Shown: one piece after another, positions 54,783 through 64,000 of the stretch
Layout of the letters: every line of letters begins with the position of its first letter
Numbering within the stretch: the first letter of the stretch is position 1
From: Eledone cirrhosa
Taxonomy: Eukaryota
NCBI GenBank assembly: GCA_964016885.1
Contig: CAXHJY010000028.1
Span: forward strand, 5,769 to 69,768
Direction of reading: 5' to 3'
Length of the DNA: 64,000 nt
Translations under genes and position numbers: made by a program
Notes under the pieces: model-generated
What the model saw: only the letters and a program-made list of their open reading frames with translations
Told to the model about the DNA's origin: nothing
Database searches by the model: none

Positions 54783-55556
54783 TTAGTTTCTGAATTTGTT
54801 TAGCAAGATTCTTTATCTGAAATCGTGTGTTGAAACCGATATTGTTATACTTTGAGGGTCATGTTGCCAATAAGAAACACACTACCAACATGCTAAGATA
54901 GAACACAGGGGTAAATTAGAGAGCATAGAAATAAAAATAGAATCCACACACAAGAAAGACGCAATGTTTAGGCAAATTACAGAGGCAGTAAGCATAAAAG
55001 AATTAAAACCAAAATTAAATAGAAAATATGAGTGGAACAGCAACATCACAACTTACAATTAAGGACAAAATGAAAACACACACACACATAGAACAAACAA
55101 CTTACAATTGAAAACACACACAAAATGCAAACACACACAAGACAAAATGAAAACACACACACACATAGAACAAACAACCAACCAACAATAAATAAATAAA
55201 TAAACAAACAAATAGAAAAATAGAAAAATGAACACAAACACACACAGACACCCGGATGTGGCGCATGCGCAAACTGAGCACGCAACCCACACACAAACAA
55301 AATGGCGTAGGATAGAAGAAAGGAAAGGCACAGAAACGAAGAAAGAAATCCCCAGTCACTGAAGAGGTCACAGAGTGTGTGACGAAAGAACTATGACTAT
55401 ATATATATAAACAACTATCTGGTTGTGGAACCAACCAACCAACCAGAAATTTATAAATTTGTAAATTTATAAATATATAATAAATTAAATTGAAGTGAAA
55501 GCAACTGGTGCGTGTGTTTCTTATTGGCAACATGACCCTCCCAAAGTATAACAATA
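54783..55556 (+). mobile_element. Penelope-like element 3' end: inverted terminal repeat with tail, GIY-YIG C-terminus, UTR, hammerhead
   Basis: 54840-54885 is inverted relative to 55508-55555. 54900-55045 encodes EHRGKLESIEIKIESTHKKDAMFRQITEAVSIKELKPKLNRKYEWN. gcgcatgcgc at 55261, hammerhead at 55354-55398, (TA)n on both sides. Confidence 0.8.
55354..55398 (+). ncRNA. Type I hammerhead ribozyme motif, complete core
   Basis: Stem I agtca/tgact, CTGAAGA at 55359-55365, stem II gtcaca/tgtgac, GAAA at 55384-55387, short stem III AG/CT, cleavage triplet CUA (predicted cut after 55393). Confidence 0.8.
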
Positions 55557-55632
55557 TATATATTTACATATATACATATATATATATTTTCATATATGTA
55601 TATATATATATTTACATATATATATATATATA

Positions 55633-55850
55633 TATAGAATTCACAAGAATCAAAGCTATGTTCAAAATGCTTTAAATGCTTTGAACATAGCTTTGATTCT
55701 TGTGAATTCTATAGAACTGCTCTGTAAAACAACTGATGTTCTTAGATTGAGCTATTTATCTTACTGGTAATAAGGTAGTAATAAATTACTGACCTTCCCT
55801 GTTTATAGTTTAAAATATACATAACTATAAATAGTATCCTTAATATTATA
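55633..55850. repeat. Fold-back element with right tail
   Basis: tatagaattcacaagaatcaaagctatgttcaaa / tttgaacatagctttgattcttgtgaattctata, with a (TA)n flank. Confidence 0.8.
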
Positions 55851-56166
55851 TATATATATGGAAATATATATGTGTATATTTATATATCTATATCCAAAAT
55901 TAAGATAAATCAAAGTGAATTTAATCTAAATCAATTTCTAGTTGTTGTGTATATTTATATATATATATATATCATCATCATCATCGTTTAACGTCTATCT
56001 TCCACGCTAGCATGGGTTTAGACCGGAATTGTCCCACGTGAGGCAAGATTGGTTGTCTTGCTCATATAGGACTGTCTGGCGGGTTTTTTACAGCTGGATG
56101 CCCTTCCTAACACCAACCACGTTTACAGTGTGGACTGGGAGGTTTTTACAGTGATGATGATATATA

Positions 56167-58078
56167 TCATCATCATCATTTTACGCAAGCTCTTCCCTGC
56201 TTTCAAGGGTGGGGTGGGTCTTATTCAGCACAGCATCTCTCCACTTGTCACAGTCCTTCATCATCTCCACCATGAGCTTCAGCAATCTGAGGTCTGTTCT
56301 CACCACTTCCTTCCATGTTTTTCGTGGTCTACCTCTACCACGCCTTCCTTCAACTGGCATTTCCTGACACTTCTTCACCAATCGGTCATCCTCCATGCGC
56401 ATCACATGTCCATATGACCTCAGTCTCCTCTCTCGCATACTACATTCTATCCCTCTCAGACACAGTTTCTCTCTCAACACATTCATGTTGGGTCATTCAC
56501 GCATATTGACACTGCACATCCAATGGAGCATGCTTGCCTCTTTTCTCTCCAGCCGTCGCATATCCTCTGCAGTTGCTGCCCATGTCTCACTACCATGCAG
56601 CATCGCGCTCCTCACACAGGCATCATATAACCGGCCTTTCGTACGCAGGGAGAAACCCTTCTTTGTCAGCAGAGGAAGCAGCTCCCTAAACTTCTTCCAA
56701 CCTGTCCTTATTCTAGATACTATGGCCTCGGAACACCCCCCTCCCATGCTAATCTGATCTCCTAGCTACCGGAAGCTATCCACCATTTCTATAGCACCCA
56801 CCTGCATTTGAAAAATGTGTCTATCAATGCGACTTCTACTGTCTAATTTCCCTGTACATCTATTGCATACGTATTTCTCCCTACCTGTTAGTTTGCCTGC
56901 TATCCCACTACATCTCTTGTGTACCCAGGATCTGCAATTTATGCCAGTTCCTTTTCTGTATATCGAACATGGCCATTTCCCTGACGGAATCAGAGTTTTG
57001 TCCTCTTTTCTACTCATCAACATTTTTGTCTTAGCTAGGTTCACTCTCAGTCCTCTTGCTTCCAATTGCTGTTTCCATAGCCAGAATTTATTTTCTAGCT
57101 CCTCTACTGATTCTGCTATAAGAACCAGATCGTCAGCATAGAGAAGTTCCCATGGACAACCAGTCTTAAACGCCTCTGTTATGGCTTGGGGGACTATAAT
57201 GAGCAAGAGCGGGCTGAGGAACGAACCTTGATGTACTCCTACTTGTATCTGGAATTCCTCACTAAACTCCATTCCTACCCTGACTTTACTGACAGTACCT
57301 CTGTACAAAGTTTGCACTGTCCTCACAAGCCATTCCTCAACACCTAGTTTCCTTAGGGACCACCAGATGACAGATCGGGGTACCCTATCAAAGGCCTTCT
57401 CTAGGTCAACAAAGGCTAAGTATAGTGGCTTATTTTTCTCTAAGAACCTCTCTTGTAATTGTCTCACCAAGAAGAGAGCATCTGTTGTACTCTTCCCAGG
57501 CACAAAACCAAACTGCATCTCATCTAATTTGACCCTTTCTCTAATTAGTTGTGCTAATATCCTTTCTGCCACTTTCATAACCTGATCCATCAGTTTTATG
57601 CCCCTATAATTGCTCCTCTCCAGAGCATTCCCTTTATCTTTGTAGTAATTTATGAGAATACTGCTGCACGAGTCTTTGGGTATGACACCACCATATATAG
57701 CCTGATTGATGATGCGTGCAGCCAGTTTAGTGCCTACATCCCCTGATGCCTTCAGCATCTCAGCAACTATTCCCGATGGTCCGGCAGCCTTACCATTTTT
57801 CATTTCCCTAATCGCCCCTTGGACCCTATATTCGTCAATCTCAATAGCTGGTCCCTCTGTCGGATCTACCAAGGGTAATTTCTCTCTCTCCCATTTGTTC
57901 TCCACATTCATCAGTCTCTCATAATTACATTTCCTGGCCTCCTTTTTCTGATCATTCGTGACACTAAGTACACCGACATCACTTCAGACACATTTATCTC
58001 CAACAACATCCTGATTTGTATTGACACACTGCCTTGCACGTCTCTGATCTTCCCATCGCAGGACATTAGCAAACCTCC
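56167..58078 (-). mobile_element. RTE LINE, 5'-truncated, with reverse transcriptase domain (disrupted)
   Basis: NYRGIKL, QFGFVPGKSTTDA, AFVDLEKAFDRV, GVHQGS.LSPLL, LLYADDL, PHD-like finger, HGSETW, GRPRKTW; (tga)n tail. Confidence 0.95.
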
Positions 58079-58133
<55 letters not shown>

Positions 58134-58134
58134 A

Positions 58135-58700
58135 CGTGATGCGCATGAAAGGCGACAGCTGTATAAAAAAGTGCAGGGCGCTAAAAATAGATAGTAGCCA
58201 TGGAGTAGGCAGACCCAGAAAAACCCGGGACGACTTGATAAATTCCAACCTCACACACTTACACCTCTCCAAGACAATGTCACTGGACCGAGATCTTTGG
58301 CGCTACACAGTAATACAGAAGACGCGCCTTACCTAAGTACAAAGCAAAACCTACAGTCAGTAGGCACCTCTAATAAAAATACACCCCTGTCCCACCACCC
58401 CCACCCCATCCACACCGCCCCTTTCAATGTAAAGTTATGTTGGTACCACAACATCCAGTCCGAAACAAATGAGGTCGTGTAGGTGTCACAACAAAAAAAC
58501 ACACAGTCCACGCTGTAATGTGGCCGTGTAGGTAACACGGTAAAAACCTCCCAGTCCACACTGTAAACGTGGTTGGTGTTAGGAAGGGCATCCAGCCGTA
58601 GAAAACCCGCCAGACAGTCCTATACGAGCAGGACAACCAATCTTGCCTCAAGTGGGAAAACTCCCGTCCAAACCCATGAAAGTGTGGAAGATGGATGTTG
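58135..58700 (+). mobile_element. RTE 3' end with UTR, tail-to-tail with the next RTE copy
   Basis: MRMKGDSCIKKCRALKIDSSHGVGRPRK..., followed by the shared tail. Confidence 0.85.
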
Positions 58701-58702
58701 TA

Positions 58703-61116
58703 CTTAAGTAAGGCGGGTCTTCTCTATTACTGTGTAGCGCCAAAGATCTCGGTCCAGTGACATTGTCTTGGAGAGGTGTAAGTGTGTGAGGTTGGAATTT
58801 ATCAAGTCGTCCCAGGTTTTTCTGGGTCTGCCTACTCCGTGGCTACTATCTATTTTTATTGCGCTGCACTTTTTTATACAGCTGTCATCTTTCATGCGCA
58901 TCACGTGGCCATACCAACGTAGTCTTCTCTTGAGTAAACAACATCTGATCCCTCTTATTTCTAATTTTTCCCTTAGTTCGTTTATGCTTTGCCGTTCACG
59001 TATATTACTATTACACATCCAGCGGAGCATGCAAGCTTCGTTCATCTCCAGTCTGTGTATATCCTCTGCACACAATGCCCAGGTCTCACTGCCATGTAAC
59101 ATTGCTGTTCATATGCAGGCATCATACAGCCTGCTTTTCATTTTTAGAGAGAACTCTTTAGCGGCTAATAGTGGTATAAGCTCTCTGAACTTTTTCCATC
59201 CAGTTTTGACTCTAGCTACAGTACTTTCAGAGCACCCTCCACCACAGCTGATTTTGTCACCCAAGTAACGGAAGGTGTCCACTATTTCTATAGAACCATC
59301 TGTGCAATGGAATGAGCTAGTATTTTGTGGGCACTTGCTGCTACTAATTGCACCAGAGCACCGGCCACATATAAAATCTATGTTCTTAGTTAGCTTACCT
59401 GTGATCCCACTACATCTTTTATGCATTTGGGACATAAAATGGAGTTTCTACCTACTCCTTTCCTACACACTGAGCATGGTAATTTCTCGGATGGAACCGG
59501 TGCCCTATTTTCCTACAAACTAGAACTTTAGTCTTAGACAAGTTAATTTTAAGGCCTTTTGATTCTAGGCCATGCTTCCATGTTTGGAATTTCTTCTCTA
59601 GTTCAGCCATTGATTCAGCTATGAGCGTTAGATCATCTGCGTATAGGAGTTCCCATGGGCAGCCGGTCTTGAACTCCACTGTTATAGCCTGAAGGGCAAT
59701 AATAAATAGTAGGGGGCTATTTTCTTTATACATGGCTTGTATAGCTCTCACAAGCCATTCATCAACACCTAGTTTTCTAAGAGCCCACCAGATAATGGAA
59801 CGGGGGACTCTGTCAAAGGCTTTCTCCAAGTCGACAAAAGCTAAGTATAGGGGTTTACTTTTAGCTAGGTACTTCTCCTGTAGTTGTCATACAATGAAAA
59901 GAGCTTCTATGGTACTTTTACCTGACACAAACCCGAACTGCATTTCATCTAGATCAATTCGCTCTCTAATTAGTTGCGCTATTACTTTTTCTGTGACCTT
60001 CATGACCTGGTCGATTAATTTAATGCCTCTATAGTTACCCCTATCTAGGGCATCTCCTTTACCCTTGTAGCAGTTAATGATGATGCTGCTACGCCAGTCC
60101 TTCGGAACAACCACATTCTGTATGACTTGGTTTACTATCCGGGTGACCATGGTGTGTCCCACCATTCCAGAAGCTTTCAGCCTTTCAGCAACTATTTCTG
60201 AAGGCCCAGCCGCCTTACCCGTCTTCATATCTTTGATTGCTCTACTTATTATACTACCTTCGACTAACACTGCTGGTCCCTCTATTGGATCGATGTGGGG
60301 GAGACTGTCTTTCTCCCATTTATTCTCCTCATTTAGTAGCCTTTCGTAGTGACACTTCCAAGCTACCTTCTTATCACCGTCAGTGATGGCAAGTACACCA
60401 TCATCATTAAGGGCACACTTCTCCCCGACAATATCACGGTTTTCCTTGACACATTGCCTAGCAATCCTGAACACTTCACGTTTTTGGTCCTCGCGTTGTA
60501 GAACATGCTTGAACTTTCTTTCCTCTGCTTCCCTTCTTGCGAAGTACACTTGTCTCCTAGCTTCCCTCCTGGCCACTTGATAGTCTTCTCTACTTCCCCC
60601 ATCCCGCCATACTTTCCAAGCCTGCTTTTTGGCCTTAATTGACTCCTCCACCTTACTGTTCCACCACCATGTTACTCTGCTCCTGCCTATAGGCCTGCTC
60701 CAGCCACAGACTTCGTCTGCCGCCATCAGCAGGTTTGCTTTCAGGAATTCCCACTGCTCCTCTATATTGTACGACTCTAAATGCTCTTCCTTACTTTCGA
60801 AAGCATCAAGTAATATGCTTTTAAATTTATTACTGGCTGTGGGGTCCTTTAGCTTCTATATTTTTCTCCTGAGGATAGTCCTCTTCTGTTGTCGACTATG
60901 TCTCGTCCTGACTATGCAGTCGCTAATTATCAGTCTATGTTGGGAGGTGCATTCTTCATGGGGGAGGGATTTAGTGTTTACAACAGACACTCTGTCACGT
61001 CTTCTGGTAAGGATATAATCTACCTGGCTGGTATGTTCCCCTGATCTGTAGGTGATCAAGTGATTGTCTCGTTTTTTAAGTTAGTGTTACAGATAGTTAG
61101 GTTATTTGCGTCACAG

Positions 61117-61117
<1 letters not shown>
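58703..61117 (-). mobile_element. RTE LINE, APE endonuclease C-terminus through RT and C-terminus (frameshifted, internal deletion)
   Basis: TYRSGEHTSQVDYIL...SQHRLII, TWWWN, NYRGIKL, QFGF, EKAFDRV, LLYADDL, HGSETW, RRLRWYGHVMRM. Confidence 0.93.
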
Positions 61118-61190
<73 letters not shown>

Positions 61191-62372
61191 GAATAATCGA
61201 GTATCGGAAAATCAGCTCACGAATTAACGATAAACAAATCCTACATGAGTGGCAGGGGGCTCAATAATTCAGATAAATCAGAGCTATAACTATCGTTAAA
61301 ATACCAACACACAAAGATTATGCCTAAAATCACCCGTGCAGCCGAAAAAGAACGACCAGGAAGATTCGGGTCACTCAAATAAAATATCAATAAATCAATA
61401 ATTTAAATGAATGTAAAAAACTTACCCGGACCCGCTAGAAAGGTGTTAAATCTAGCTTCTTGGGTTTCTGCAATTCCTTAATCCGTTCTCTATCAGCCCA
61501 CATAAAAATATATAAGACTTCTAGGGAACGAATGGACCGGAAAAACTTTATCAACGGGTTGTGTCCAACGAATAAAGAAGTTACCTTTAGCCAGACACGC
61601 ACATGGTGCCCAGCAAGGGAGATAACCTCTATATTAGCGAAAAATTATCGGTAATGTGGAAATCACATATCGAATCAGAGTGCTCGATAGACATGTTAAA
61701 ATAAATAAAAGCTATTCATCATTCAATAGAATCTACAATATATATATATACATAACTAGAAATTGATTAACATATAAATAAACATATGAAACAATCACAG
61801 GGGATAATTTTTACAAGTGTGTCAGCACATATAGCTAGGTAGGTAACTAAATAAAGTTAACTAGAACTTCAAAAATAGATACCTTATAATATGATTAATG
61901 TTCCCTGTATATATTCCATTAAAGAAATATATTTCACCAATTAATCGAATGGTAAACCACGGAGGCCGATACTTGGATTCTCAACAAGGAAGAAGTCCAG
62001 CCATCTGTGTTTACGCATTGAGTTCAAATCAGCGACTGGCCAGTAACACGTGCTGTATCTACTAAAAATACACACATCATACCAGCTTCGTCCCAGTGGC
62101 GTGAATAGGGTTATCGACAACTAGAAACAGCAGTCAGGTCCTTTCAACAGAGTTAGCTCTACAATTAAGGAGCCGTATTTATATATATCTATATCCCAAA
62201 TTAAGATAAATCAAAGTGAATTTAATCTAAATCAAAATTATGGGTGTCATGCCAGAAAGGCACTTTTTCCTATTCCCACTCTACTACCCTAAGTATTGAG
62301 TACTCTGGTGCGTTATGGTCCATCTGGTTCCTTACCACAATTCCTTTGTTATATACATATATATATATATAT

Positions 62373-62514
62373 GTAGGAGGTGAGTTTTATTGTAGTACAA
62401 TAAAGCAATGCAGATATCGGATAAGTAGCACTCTACAGTTTGTAGGACTGGAGTATAAATAATATATAAGATCAAAAGATGGAACATGGAACTCTTTTAA
62501 CCATCTTTTGATCT

Positions 62515-62523
<9 letters not shown>
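62373..62523. repeat. Short-armed copy of the 5276-5718 fold-back family
   Basis: Same left tail (gtagga..tgagttttattgtagtacaataaagcaatgcagatatcgg...) and same right terminus (ccatcttttgatcttatatatta), but a much earlier pivot. Confidence 0.85.
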
Positions 62524-62559
<36 letters not shown>

Positions 62560-62560
<1 letters not shown>

Positions 62561-62888
62561 CATCATCATCATCATCATCACCATTTTACGTCCGTTCTTC
62601 CATGCTAGCATGGGTGAGACGGGTTGTCCTGTTGTGGGCAGTGTCCGGTCAGCTGACCTTGTCTTGCTCATACGGGAACTGATTCTGGCTTGATTTCTAC
62701 AGCTGGATGCCCTTCCTAACACCAACCTCATTTACAGTGAGTGCTGGGTGCTTTTTTACTGTGGCGCCTACACGTCCACTTTGCAGTGGAATGATAAGGA
62801 CCCTAGTCCTATCATCTCATTTCTACAGCTGAGTAAACTGGAGCAATGTGAAATAAAGTGTCTTGCTCAAGGAAACAGCACATCAGCA
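62560..62888 (-). mobile_element. SINE family B, 5'-truncated
   Basis: RTE tail plus CORE-like body cctatcatctcatttctacagctgagtaaactggagcaatgtgaaataaagtgtcttgctcaagg. Confidence 0.8.
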
Positions 62889-62909
62889 TATATATACATA
62901 TATATTTCC

Positions 62910-62941
<32 letters not shown>

Positions 62942-62956
62942 ATATATATATATATG

Positions 62957-62991
<35 letters not shown>

Positions 62992-63022
62992 ATGTATGTA
63001 TATATATATATATATATATGTG

Positions 63023-63063
<41 letters not shown>

Positions 63064-63076
63064 CATATATATTATA

Positions 63077-63109
<33 letters not shown>

Positions 63110-63229
63110 GTGTATAAATATATATATATATGTTATATATATATATATGTGTATATATATATATATATGTGTATATATATATATATGTGTATATATATAT
63201 ATATATATCTATATATATATATATATATA

Positions 63230-63273
<44 letters not shown>

Positions 63274-63284
63274 TATTCACACAC

Positions 63285-63336
<52 letters not shown>

Positions 63337-63394
63337 ATATATATATATATATATATATATAGAGATATATATTTATACACATATATATTCACAC

Positions 63395-63425
<31 letters not shown>

Positions 63426-63509
63426 TATTCACACACACATATATATATATATATAGAGATATATATATATACACATATATATTTACATATATATATATAT
63501 ATCCATACA

Positions 63510-63735
63510 TTGATATTTCTGCTTTTTTTGTTTTGACTGCATGCCCATATATGGACTGTACCCCTTGATAAGTTCAGTTAGATTCCTGCCGCTCGGATAT
63601 AATTGTTCGAGACAGCCGGAGCTCAGCTGTTGGGGTCCTGACACTTTTGCTATTACCCACTCTACTACCCTAAGTATTGAGTACTCTGGTGTGTTATGGT
63701 CCACCTGGTATCTTACCACACCCTTCTTTGTTATA
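63510..63735 (+). repeat. Unclassified TA-flanked interspersed repeat
   Basis: cactctactaccctaagtattgagtactctggtg.gttatggtcca.ctggt recurs at 62275-62350 (+) and 5065-5145 (-). Confidence 0.7.
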
Positions 63736-63799
63736 TATACATACATCTATATATATATATATACGTATATATATATTTATTACATATACATACAAATAT

Positions 63800-63860
<61 letters not shown>

Positions 63861-64000
63861 TATACACATATATATATACATATATATAGATATATATAAA
63901 TATATACATATATATATATTTATATATATGTACATACATATATATACATATATATAAATATATATATATATATATAAATATATACATATATATATATACA

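Overview
AT-rich, repeat-dense eukaryotic genomic DNA with abundant (TA)n, (CA)n and (TGA)n microsatellites. The SINE/RTE repertoire suggests a coleoid cephalopod, probably Octopus (inference). The window appears to lie inside a large + strand gene for calcium-dependent secretion activator (CAPS/CADPS, MUN/MHD1 region): two frame-compatible exons (31916-32072, 38853-38994) and a candidate 24-nt in-frame microexon (15204-15227). The rest is intronic repeat: a near-intact Buster/Charlie hAT transposon with TIRs and an 8-bp TSD (33852-36319), a second hAT fragment, a mariner relic, piggyBac-type and mariner/pogo-type MITEs, RTE LINE fragments, two tRNA-derived SINE families, and four minisatellites grown from internal SINE/MITE segments. 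The most striking unexplained pattern is more than a dozen short asymmetric fold-back elements from several unrelated families, built as (TA)n - tail - arm - pivot - inverted arm - (TA)n. Several carry hammerhead ribozyme cores, and one encloses a GIY-YIG endonuclease C-terminus, pointing to TA-targeted Penelope-like retroelements with fixed termini and variable pivots. Most ORFs in the supplied track are microsatellite artefacts. All family assignments are by motif recognition from memory; no database search was run.
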